DNA of 20,000 nt from IMG/VR virus record IMGVR_UViG_3300007625_000001. One strand, given 5' to 3'. The notes beneath the pieces are model-generated. The model did no database searches, was not told the origin of the DNA, and saw nothing but the letters and a program-made list of their open reading frames with translations. This DNA is from an uncultured virus (IMG/VR IMGVR_UViG_3300007625_000001). Taxonomy: Duplodnaviria > Heunggongvirae > Uroviricota > Caudoviricetes. The first letter of the stretch is position 1, and every line of letters begins with the position of its first letter. Made by a program: the position numbers and the translations under genes. Positions 8,314-16,406 of this stretch are shown here, in pieces.

Positions 8314-8901
8314 ATGGCAAATATTGCTGATTTCAAATCACAGATGATCGGGGGCGGTGCTCGTCCCAATCAGTTTAGAGTTGAATTATCTTTTCCATCA
8401 TTTGTTACACTTGGTCCAGTAGCTGGTCAGCGTGCACAGTTTTTGTGTAAGGCTGCTCAGTTACCTGCTTCTACTTTAGAGAACATCTCTGTTCTCTTCA
8501 AAGGTCGCCCAGTTAACTTTGCTGGTGAGCGTACATTCCAACCATGGACTGTAACAATTTACAACGATACTACTTTCGGTATTCGTAATGCACTAGAACA
8601 GTGGCAATCTGGTATCCAGAATTATGACACTACTCTTGGTCGCACAAACCCAACAGACTATCAAGTTGATATGCAAGTGCATCAATTAGATCGTTCTGGT
8701 TCTATCATCAAGACTTATAAGTTTGTTGATGCTTATCCTACTAACATTTCTGCTATTGGTTTAGATTACGAACAGCAAAATGCTATTGAACAGTTTGATG
8801 TAGAGTTCCAATACAACTTCTTTACATCTGCTACAGGTGCATCTGGTGGCTTTGGAGTTAATGTTTCTATCGACACACCAGTTGGATCTATTCCTCTATA
8901 A
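8314..8901 (+). CDS. gp19: Tail tube protein gp19
   Basis: GGARPNQFRV, FLCKAAQLPAS, AGERTFQPWTVTIYND, QLDR and YPTNISAIGLDY. Lies between sheath and portal. Confidence 0.95.
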   Translation: MANIADFKSQMIGGGARPNQFRVELSFPSFVTLGPVAGQRAQFLCKAAQLPASTLENISVLFKGRPVNFAGERTFQPWTVTIYNDTTFGIRNALEQWQSGIQNYDTTLGRTNPTDYQVDMQVHQLDRSGSIIKTYKFVDAYPTNISAIGLDYEQQNAIEQFDVEFQYNFFTSATGASGGFGVNVSIDTPVGSIPL

Positions 8902-8921
8902 TTTAACCGAAGGTTTATATA

Positions 8922-10520
8922 ATGCAATTTTTTGGCTTCGAGATAAGTCGTAAAAAAGAGAAAGAACTTGGAAGTGTAGTACCTCCGAGTCCTCAAGATG
9001 GCGCAACCGTAATAAATACTGGCGTAAATGCTGGTGGTTATTACGGTATGGTCATGGATCTGGATGGGGTCGTTAAGAATGAAAATGATCTTATTCGTCG
9101 TTATCGTGAAGTTGCTTCATACAGCGACTGCGATATGGCGATTGAAGATATTATTAATGAAGCAATTGTTACTGATGAACACAAACCATCAGTAGAGATC
9201 AACTTAGATGATCTAACTGTTTCAGAAAGTATTAAGAAAAAAATTCGTGAAGAGTTTAGGAATATTTTACGTGTTCTAAAATTTGAAGATTGTGGTCATG
9301 ACACTTTTAGAACTTGGTATATTGATGGTCGTTTATACTATCATATCTTAATAGATGAGAAGAATTTAAAACAAGGTATTGTTGAATTACGTTACATTGA
9401 TCCTCGCAAAATTCGTCGTATCAAAAACGTAGTTAAAGAAAAAACACCACAAGGTGTTGAAGTTATAAAGAACATCGAAGAATACTATCTTTATAACGAC
9501 AAGGGTATTACTGAAAGTACTACTCAGGGTATTAAGTTATCCTTAGATTCAGTAGTCTATGTACCATCAGGTTACTTAGATTCAAATACTGGAATGATGA
9601 TGTCTTATTTACATAAGGCAATCAAACCAGTAAATCAGTTAAAGATGATTGAGGATTCTCTAGTCATCTATCGTATTAGTCGTGCACCTGAACGCAGAAT
9701 TTTTTACATTGATGTAGGTAACTTACCTAAAGTAAAAGCTGAACAATATGTTCAGGACATCATGAATAAATTCCGTAACAAGATTGTGTATGATGCCACT
9801 ACTGGCGAAACTCGTGATGATAGAAAACATCTTTCAATGATGGAAGATTTCTGGATGCCTCGTCGTGAAGGTGGTAAGGGTACTGAAATTACTACACTTC
9901 CAGGTGGTCAGAATCTTGGTGAGATTCAAGACATTGAGTATTTCCAAAATAAATTATTCCATGCTTTAAATGTTCCAATTGGTCGTTTACAGGAACAAGC
10001 AGGATTTAGTATTGGACGAGCAACTGAGATCTCTCGTGACGAGATTAAGTTTCATAAATTTGTTGGTCGTCTTCGTAAGAAGTTTTCTAATATATTTACT
10101 GATGCATTATATGTTCAGTTAGTAGCTAAAAATATTATTCGTCCCGATGAATGGGAAGATTTAAAACATGAAATTAGATATGACTACATCGAAGACAATC
10201 ATTATTCTGAATTAAAAGATAATGAAATTCTTAATGCTAGACTCGCCACTCTACAATTAGTAGAACCATACATCGGTAAGTTTTATTCTATGGACTGGAT
10301 TCGTAAAAATATTCTTCAGATGAATGAACAAGAAATGGAAGAGATGAGCAAACAGATGGAATCAGATGGTGAGATTCAGATGCAGCATGCTGAGATGGAT
10401 GGAACTGTTGCAGCTGCGGCACAAGCAGCACAGCAGAACTTTTTACAGGCAAATGCACCACAAGCAGATGAAGCACCAACTGACCAAGGTAAACAAGATA
10501 ATCAAGGAGTGAATAAATGA
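8922..10520 (+). CDS. gp20: Portal protein gp20
   Basis: WYIDGR, IYRISRAPERRIFYIDVGNLPKVKAEQY and EDFWMPRREGGKGTEITTLPGGQNLG are g20 signatures. Confidence 0.98.
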   Translation: MQFFGFEISRKKEKELGSVVPPSPQDGATVINTGVNAGGYYGMVMDLDGVVKNENDLIRRYREVASYSDCDMAIEDIINEAIVTDEHKPSVEINLDDLTVSESIKKKIREEFRNILRVLKFEDCGHDTFRTWYIDGRLYYHILIDEKNLKQGIVELRYIDPRKIRRIKNVVKEKTPQGVEVIKNIEEYYLYNDKGITESTTQGIKLSLDSVVYVPSGYLDSNTGMMMSYLHKAIKPVNQLKMIEDSLVIYRISRAPERRIFYIDVGNLPKVKAEQYVQDIMNKFRNKIVYDATTGETRDDRKHLSMMEDFWMPRREGGKGTEITTLPGGQNLGEIQDIEYFQNKLFHALNVPIGRLQEQAGFSIGRATEISRDEIKFHKFVGRLRKKFSNIFTDALYVQLVAKNIIRPDEWEDLKHEIRYDYIEDNHYSELKDNEILNARLATLQLVEPYIGKFYSMDWIRKNILQMNEQEMEEMSKQMESDGEIQMQHAEMDGTVAAAAQAAQQNFLQANAPQADEAPTDQGKQDNQGVNK

Positions 10521-10720
10521 GTGAAACAGTGAAAAATTTAGTAGATGCGATTCAAGCCAAAGATGCAATTGGAACAGAGGCTGCATTTCAAGCAGCAATG
10601 GCAGAAAAGATTTCTGCTAGATTAGACAGTATGCGTCAAGACGTTGCACAGAGTATGTTTAAAACTCAAGAGGTAGAAGTATCTACTGAAGAGCCAAACG
10701 CAGAAACAGAAGTAGAATAA
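10517..10720 (+). CDS. Small prohead core protein (gp67-like)
   Basis: 67 aa, helical with an acidic tail, ATGA overlap with the gp20 stop, AAGGAG RBS. Occupies the T4 gp67 position. Confidence 0.65.
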   Translation: MSETVKNLVDAIQAKDAIGTEAAFQAAMAEKISARLDSMRQDVAQSMFKTQEVEVSTEEPNAETEVE

Positions 10721-11265
10721 TGCGTTACTACCAATTAACAAAATCTTTAAAGAGATCTGATGTTGTCGAAAGCATCAGATCTTACTCACATCTGATTGAA
10801 AGAACATCAGAAAATAAGATTTTGATTAATGGCGTAGAGTCAAAGTATAAAAGTTTGGAAGAAGCAAAAGATTTTATCAAACAAGAATATATCTCGCAAA
10901 AATTAGAAGAACAAGTATCAAAAGAATCATACGACGAATTATCAGACGAAAAAGTCGCTAGTATTATCAAAGAATACCATGATGTAAAAGTTACAGATAC
11001 GTTAATAGAAACATATATTAAACTTGCTTCTTCCAACATTTTTAACGTAGACCCTGTTGTTCAGAATATTCGTTCTTTGAATAAACTTGACAGAATCGTT
11101 GAAGGTAAATTACACTACGTGCTTGCTGATGAAACTATTGTTGCAATTAATCAGCAAACGCAAGATCACCTAAATAAGTTATTAGGTAATCAACCAGAGA
11201 TTATCGAGTACATGAGAGAGTCAAAAGAGAACTTCTGTCATGTGCTTGAACAAATAGAGGAATAA
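10720..11265 (+). CDS. Hypothetical head-region protein (possible prohead core, gp68 position)
   Basis: 181-aa ORF coupled by a TAATG overlap. Charged and helical, with several (I/L/V)-x-E motifs resembling gp21 cleavage sites. Function inferred from position only. Confidence 0.55.
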   Translation: MRYYQLTKSLKRSDVVESIRSYSHLIERTSENKILINGVESKYKSLEEAKDFIKQEYISQKLEEQVSKESYDELSDEKVASIIKEYHDVKVTDTLIETYIKLASSNIFNVDPVVQNIRSLNKLDRIVEGKLHYVLADETIVAINQQTQDHLNKLLGNQPEIIEYMRESKENFCHVLEQIEE

Positions 11266-11268
11266 CAA

Positions 11269-11727
11269 ATGGCTGTCACCAAGACTATTTTAAAGAACAC
11301 TAATTTAGAGACTGTTGTCAAAATTAGTGGTACTGCAGCATCTGCTACTATTAGTTTAGCAACTGATTGTTTAGCATCTACACAAGCACTTTCTGGTGGA
11401 ACACAGACTGTTGACATCATTACTTCTCAAGTAACTGGTCTATTAAATTCTAGTATTACTGTTGTAAGAAACTCACTTCCTGTGTTAGCATTTGCACCAG
11501 AACACAATGGTTTGTTTAACTTTGAAGGTAATGGGTACAGAGATACTGTTGGAAATACATCTGATATCGTAGTAACAATCGGAGGTGCAGAAGCCCACAT
11601 TTATCTCACACTTCGTAAAGTTGGTGGATATGCTACTAAAGTTGAAGAAGCTACTTACGGTGCTTACGAAGATGTTACTCGTGTTGGTGCTTCTACCACA
11701 GCAAGTGGTTCTCCAGATAAGGTCTAA
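11269..11727 (+). CDS. Hypothetical beta-rich virion protein (possible head decoration)
   Basis: 152 aa, GAGG RBS, Thr/Val/Gly/Ala-rich with an alternating strand pattern. Immediately upstream of gp21. Confidence 0.55.
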   Translation: MAVTKTILKNTNLETVVKISGTAASATISLATDCLASTQALSGGTQTVDIITSQVTGLLNSSITVVRNSLPVLAFAPEHNGLFNFEGNGYRDTVGNTSDIVVTIGGAEAHIYLTLRKVGGYATKVEEATYGAYEDVTRVGASTTASGSPDKV

Positions 11728-11729
11728 CT

Positions 11730-12386
11730 ATGAAACTAATTAGAGAAGAAGTTCAAGACACTAAATTTATCGTTGAAGATAAAGGTCTTGGTAAACCAAA
11801 ACAATACTTCATTGAAGGTATCTTCCTTCAATCAGAACTAGTAAATCGTAATGGTCGTATGTACAAAGAAGGTACAATGGACAAAGAAGTTGGTCGCTAT
11901 CTTAAAGAAGCCGTTGAAATGAATCGTGCTTATGGCGAACTTGGTCATCCAGATGGTCCAGGTATTAACCTTGATCGTGTATCACACATGATCACTTCAC
12001 TACGTAAAGAAGGCACAAACTATATTGGTCGTGCTAAGATTTTAGAAACTCCAATGGGTAATATTGCACGTGGTCTATTAGATGGCGGTGCAAATCTTGG
12101 AGTATCAAGTAGAGCAATGGGTTCTCTCAAACAAAACAATGAGGGGGTTCAGGTAGTTCAAGATGACTTTATGTTGTCTACAGCTGCAGACATTGTAGCT
12201 GATCCATCTGCTCCTGACGCATACGTCAGAGGCATCATGGAGAACAAAGAGTGGATATTTGTCGATGGAAAGTTTGTGGAACAACATATTGAAGAGGTTA
12301 AATCCTTTATTAAAAAGACTTCTTCTAGAAATCTAGAGGAAGCAAAGGTGCAGGCTTTCCAACGCTTTCTGAGTAAAATCAGATAA
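11730..12386 (+). CDS. gp21: Prohead protease gp21
   Basis: MKLIRE, IEGIFLQ, NRNGRMY, GELGHP, LDRVSH, LGVSSRAMGSL and DIVADPSAPDA. Confidence 0.97.
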   Translation: MKLIREEVQDTKFIVEDKGLGKPKQYFIEGIFLQSELVNRNGRMYKEGTMDKEVGRYLKEAVEMNRAYGELGHPDGPGINLDRVSHMITSLRKEGTNYIGRAKILETPMGNIARGLLDGGANLGVSSRAMGSLKQNNEGVQVVQDDFMLSTAADIVADPSAPDAYVRGIMENKEWIFVDGKFVEQHIEEVKSFIKKTSSRNLEEAKVQAFQRFLSKIR

Positions 12387-12400
12387 ATAATAAATAAATA
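12384..12400 (+). promoter_or_regulatory. Tandem late promoter cores (3x TAAATA) for gp22-gp23
   Basis: TAAATA at 12384-12389, 12391-12396 and 12395-12400, upstream of the AGGAG RBS of gp22. Confidence 0.7.
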
Positions 12401-12428
12401 ACAGAACTATCCAGTTAGGAGAACATAG

Positions 12429-13427
12429 ATGTCAATCGAACAAAAAATCGCTGAAATTTTAGCTGAGTCTAAGAAACAGAAATTAGACGAAGCCAAGTTT
12501 GCAGGTACTGAAGGTGGCAGCAAATCCACTAAAGAAAATGCTGAAGCTGGCGACCAAGCTGTAATTCGTACAGGTAACCCAGTTCCAAATGGTGGTAACA
12601 CACCAAACCCAGACAATGCACGTAACAACGTACAAGACGAAAAAGATGCAGAAGATGCACCTACTGGTAAAATGAATCCACACAATGGAGATCAAAAACC
12701 AGTTCGCCCAATGAAAGAAGACATTGATGCAATGTTGGGTGATGCAGAACTAACAGAAGAATTTAAAACCAAAGCAGCTACTATTTTTGAAGCAGCTGTA
12801 TTGGCACGTGTCGCTGAAGAAGCTGCACGTATTCAAGAAGAATTCGAAGCGAAACTTGCTGAGCAAGTTGAGCAGAATATACAGGGAATTGTTGAACAAG
12901 TTGATGGATACCTCGGCTATATGGCTGAGCAGTGGATGGCACAAAATGAAATCGCCCTAGAGCAAGGCATGAAATCTGAAATTCTCGAAGGTTTCGTGAA
13001 TGGTCTGAAAGGACTATTTGAAGAGCACTATATCGATATCCCAGAAGAGCGTTTCGATGTTCTTGGTGAGATGGAAAATAAAATTGCTGAATTAGAATCT
13101 AAAATTGACGAGCAAGTTGAAGCCAATATTGAGTTGACAAAAACTCTAGCAGAAGCAAAACGTGCTGAAATCGTTGGTACAGTAAGCGAAGGTTTGACAG
13201 ATACTGAGACTGAAAAGTTTCTTTCTCTAGCAAAAGAAATCGCTTTTGAAGATTCTGAATCATTCGAAACTAAACTAAAAACTATTCGTGAAAGTTATTT
13301 TACTGCCAAGCAGTTAACTGAAGTTAAATCAGTAGTAACTGATGCTCCAGTAGAAGTGTTAACAGAGTCAAAGGCGAAAGCAGTTGATCCTGTAATGGCA
13401 CAATATCTATCCGCACTCAACAAATAA
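12429..13427 (+). CDS. gp22: Prohead core scaffolding protein gp22
   Basis: LTEEFKTKAATIFEAAV, VDGYLGY..EQWM..NEIA, LFEEHYIDIPEE, KLKTIRESYF and MAQYLSAL. Acidic coiled coil. Confidence 0.95.
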   Translation: MSIEQKIAEILAESKKQKLDEAKFAGTEGGSKSTKENAEAGDQAVIRTGNPVPNGGNTPNPDNARNNVQDEKDAEDAPTGKMNPHNGDQKPVRPMKEDIDAMLGDAELTEEFKTKAATIFEAAVLARVAEEAARIQEEFEAKLAEQVEQNIQGIVEQVDGYLGYMAEQWMAQNEIALEQGMKSEILEGFVNGLKGLFEEHYIDIPEERFDVLGEMENKIAELESKIDEQVEANIELTKTLAEAKRAEIVGTVSEGLTDTETEKFLSLAKEIAFEDSESFETKLKTIRESYFTAKQLTEVKSVVTDAPVEVLTESKAKAVDPVMAQYLSALNK

Positions 13428-13443
13428 TAAAGGAAAACTAACT

Positions 13444-14733
13444 ATGTTAGACCGTAAACAATTAATGGAGAAATGGGCTCCAGTATTGAACCACGAAGGT
13501 TCAAGCCCAATCAAAGATAACTACCGTAAGGAAGTTACAGCAGTTCTTTTGGAAAACCAAGAACGTGAACAGTATAAGTACAATGAGCAAGTTGGCGCAT
13601 TGAACGAAGCTGCTCCAACAAACAGCGTTGGTTCATATGGTGACACTGGCGGTATCGCTAAGTTTGATCCAGTATTGATCAGCTTGGTTCGTCGTGCAAT
13701 GCCACAACTTATCGCTTATGATGTTGCTGGTGTTCAACCAATGACTCAGCCAACTGGCTTGATCTTCGCAATGAAGTCACGTTACAGCACTCAAGGTGGT
13801 ACTGAAGCGTTGTTCAACGAAGCAGATACTGACTTCTCTGGTACTGGTGTTCACTCTGGTGCGTCAGTATTCGGTGGTGCTGACACTAATGGTACTGGTA
13901 TGGCTACTTCTGCTGCAGAAGCCATGGGTACTTCTGGTGGTGGTACTTTCGGTGAGATGGCATTCAGCATCGAAAAGACTTCTGTAACTGCAAAGACTCG
14001 TGCTTTGAAGGCAGAATACTCTATTGAACTAGCACAAGACTTGAAATCAGTTCATGGTCTTGACGCTGAAGGCGAATTGAGCAACATTCTTTCTACAGAA
14101 ATTCTTGCTGAAATCAATCGTGAAGTTATCCGTACAATCTACAACACTGCTAAACCAGGTGCTGCAGTTGGTACAGCTACTGCTGGTACTTTCGACTTGG
14201 ACGTTGACTCTAATGGTCGTTGGTCTGTTGAAAAATTCAAAGGTCTAATGTTCCAAATCGAACGTGAAGCCAATGCTATCGGTCAACAAACTCGTCGTGG
14301 TCGTGCGAACTTCCTCATCACTTCTGCTGACGTAGCGTCTGCATTGGCGATGGCTGGTGTTCTTGACTATTCTTCTGGTATCACTGGTAAGAACGCATTG
14401 AATGTAGATGACACTTCTACTACTTTCGCTGGTGTTCTAAACGGCAAGTACAAAGTGTATGTTGATCCATATACTTCAAACGTAAGCAACACTCAGTTCT
14501 TCGTTGCTGGTTACAAAGGCGCATCCGCTTTTGACGCTGGTTTGTTCTATTGCCCATACGTTCCACTACAGTTGGTTCGTGCGGTTGATCCAAGCAGCTT
14601 CCAACCAAAGATTGGCTTCAAGACTCGTTACGGTCTAGTTGCTAACCCATTCGTTTCATTGGATGGTACTGGTGGTTTGACTGCAAACGAAAACTACTAC
14701 TATCGTCGTGTACGTGTTACTAACTTGATGTAA
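13444..14733 (+). CDS. gp23: Major capsid protein gp23
   Basis: EKWAPVL, FDPVLISLVRRAMP, VQPMTQPTGLIFAM, RALKAEYSIELAQDLK, EILAEINREV, YCPYVPL and FQPKIGFKTRYG. Confidence 0.98.
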   Translation: MLDRKQLMEKWAPVLNHEGSSPIKDNYRKEVTAVLLENQEREQYKYNEQVGALNEAAPTNSVGSYGDTGGIAKFDPVLISLVRRAMPQLIAYDVAGVQPMTQPTGLIFAMKSRYSTQGGTEALFNEADTDFSGTGVHSGASVFGGADTNGTGMATSAAEAMGTSGGGTFGEMAFSIEKTSVTAKTRALKAEYSIELAQDLKSVHGLDAEGELSNILSTEILAEINREVIRTIYNTAKPGAAVGTATAGTFDLDVDSNGRWSVEKFKGLMFQIEREANAIGQQTRRGRANFLITSADVASALAMAGVLDYSSGITGKNALNVDDTSTTFAGVLNGKYKVYVDPYTSNVSNTQFFVAGYKGASAFDAGLFYCPYVPLQLVRAVDPSSFQPKIGFKTRYGLVANPFVSLDGTGGLTANENYYYRRVRVTNLM

Positions 14734-14773
14734 TCATCGAGTTGGCTACTAAGCCGACATAGAAGCGGTATTT

Positions 14774-14803
14774 AAAAGGGGGACTTCGGTTCCCCTTTTT
14801 TTT
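14774..14803 (+). terminator. Rho-independent terminator with cUUCGg tetraloop (potentially bidirectional)
   Basis: AAAA-GGGGGAC-TTCG-GTTCCCC-TTTTTTTT: 7-bp stem with one G-U pair, UUCG loop, 8 T downstream and 4 A upstream, just after gp23. Confidence 0.93.
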
Positions 14804-14806
14804 CTT

Positions 14807-14814
14807 CCTAAATA
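14807..14814 (+). promoter_or_regulatory. Late promoter (CCTAAATA) for gp3
   Basis: TAAATA at 14809-14814, immediately after the terminator and 5 nt before the gp3 ATG. Confidence 0.7.
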
Positions 14815-14819
14815 ATTAT

Positions 14820-15341
14820 ATGCCAAATACATCTATACCTGCCAATATCAATCCATTGTCTCCCAATGGGTTTAAGTTTGCTGTCAACAAAATACCTGAT
14901 GTCACATTCTTTGCACAGAATGTAAACCTTCCAGGAATCACGTTGGGTGAACCTACATTTGCCACTCCATTCTCCACACAACCAGTTCCAGGTGATACTC
15001 TATCGTATGATCAATTAACCATTAACTTTATGGTTGATGAAAATATGACTAATTATAGAATCATCTACAATTGGATTGTTGCTCTTGGTTTCCCAGAAAG
15101 TTATGATCAGTATGTTACTGGTCAGGCAGGGGACACTACTGCATATGGTGAATTGGCAAAGAACTATTCTGATGCTGTTCTACAAATTTTAGACAGTTCA
15201 AATAATCCAATACAAAGTATCCAATTCTTTGATGTGTTTCCCACAACACTTGAATCTCTTTCGTTTGCATCTACAAACGATGATGTGAATTACCTAGTTG
15301 GTTCTGCAACATTTAAATTCGGTTGGTATAGATTCTTGTAA
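14820..15341 (+). CDS. gp3: Tail tube terminator/tail completion protein gp3
   Basis: NPLSPNGFKF, FFAQNVNLPGITLG, PGDTLSYDQL, F.VDENMTNY and FPTTL. Sits after gp23 as in cyanophage-type genomes. Confidence 0.88.
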   Translation: MPNTSIPANINPLSPNGFKFAVNKIPDVTFFAQNVNLPGITLGEPTFATPFSTQPVPGDTLSYDQLTINFMVDENMTNYRIIYNWIVALGFPESYDQYVTGQAGDTTAYGELAKNYSDAVLQILDSSNNPIQSIQFFDVFPTTLESLSFASTNDDVNYLVGSATFKFGWYRFL

Positions 15342-15348
15342 GACAAAT

Positions 15349-15377
15349 TTGATTTTTTTGTAATACTGCGATATAAT
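15349..15377 (+). promoter_or_regulatory. Sigma70-type early/middle promoter for the uvsY-uvsW operon
   Basis: TTGATT (15349-15354), 17-bp spacer, TATAAT (15372-15377), then a GAGG RBS before the ATG at 15403. Confidence 0.75.
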
Positions 15378-15402
15378 GTGCAGTATATAACTTGAGGATA
15401 TT

Positions 15403-15840
15403 ATGAATATAGAACAACTACAAGAGATGTGGGATGTTGATTGCCAAATAGATGATAACTATCTTGGTGAAACCACTACCGCTACCCCCAAACTTCACGC
15501 TAAGTATTTAAAATTACTTGTCAATGTCAAACTAAAACACACTAAGTTTAGTTCTGATTGTAACATTCTCCGTAAAAATAAATTTCGTTTGTATCGTGGT
15601 GAACTATCACGTGACGAATTAACACAACTTGGTTGGGAACAATGGCAGGGTGTTAAACCATTGAAGAATGAGATGGATGAATTTCTCTCAGGTGACACCG
15701 AACTAAATACTTTGAAGGTAAAGATAGATTATCTCGAAACGATGATTTATTTTCTTGAGTCAGTCCTTGGTCAAATTAAAGCAAGAGACTGGCAAATTAA
15801 AACTGCTGTTGAATGGAAGAAGTTTCTTGCTGGGATGTGA
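15403..15840 (+). CDS. uvsY: Recombination mediator UvsY
   Basis: MNIEQLQEMW..DC.ID, PKLHAKYL and IKARDWQIKTAVEWKKFLAG, 145 aa. Upstream of uvsW. Confidence 0.92.
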   Translation: MNIEQLQEMWDVDCQIDDNYLGETTTATPKLHAKYLKLLVNVKLKHTKFSSDCNILRKNKFRLYRGELSRDELTQLGWEQWQGVKPLKNEMDEFLSGDTELNTLKVKIDYLETMIYFLESVLGQIKARDWQIKTAVEWKKFLAGM

Positions 15841-15842
15841 TA

Positions 15843-16406
15843 ATGAACTTTGTTAATATATTTCCTTCTATAATTGGGTATAATGTAGATAAGCAATTTA
15901 CAGATAAAATTTTGCCATTTGCAAATGAATACCTTGCGCAAGAAACTAGATTAACATATACCTGGAATTATAAAAACACATATGGTAATGATTATGCGAT
16001 GCGAGATAATAATTTAAAATTTATAAAAAAACGCATATATGATATGTGTTCTGAATATTTACAATCTCAACACAAAGTTGTGCCAAAGTCTATCGTTATA
16101 GAGTTATTTTTTAGTGAAATGGATGTTAATGATCATCATGATGAACATTGTCATCCAAATTGTATTCTTTCTGGAATATTATATCTAAAAGTTCCTGATA
16201 ATTCTGCTCCAATTATTTTTCATGATAGAAGTCCACACAGAGATTATGTGTATATTAAAAATATAGATGACACTGTAGATTTAACAAAATATACAGTACC
16301 GCCAAAAGATGGGTTGATGTTAATATGGCCATCGTGGATGCAACACCAAGTCCCTTTAAATAAGTCTAATAGTAGAATAACCTGCGTATTTAATGCAGTA
16401 TGGTAA
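15843..16406 (+). CDS. 2OG-Fe(II) oxygenase (TIGR02466-like family)
   Basis: N-terminal NIFPS, HDEHCHPNCILSGILYL, WPSWMQHQV and distal R in SRITCVFN. Start placed at ATG 15843, just after the uvsY stop, rather than 15813. Confidence 0.85.
   Translation: MNFVNIFPSIIGYNVDKQFTDKILPFANEYLAQETRLTYTWNYKNTYGNDYAMRDNNLKFIKKRIYDMCSEYLQSQHKVVPKSIVIELFFSEMDVNDHHDEHCHPNCILSGILYLKVPDNSAPIIFHDRSPHRDYVYIKNIDDTVDLTKYTVPPKDGLMLIWPSWMQHQVPLNKSNSRITCVFNAVW

Noticed and set aside
4274..14733. Introns, inteins or homing endonucleases in gp17, gp20 or gp23
   Set aside because: The ORFs are continuous and of normal or short length, with no LAGLIDADG, HNH, GIY-YIG or intein motifs seen.
15364..15385. Canonical LexA (SOS) box at the uvsY promoter
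   Set aside because: Spacing is CTG-N12-CAG rather than N10. Retained only as an unassigned palindrome.
15813..15842. Oxygenase start at 15813
   Set aside because: It overlaps the conserved uvsY C-terminus. ATG 15843 gives the family-typical N-terminus (NIFPS) and stop-start coupling.
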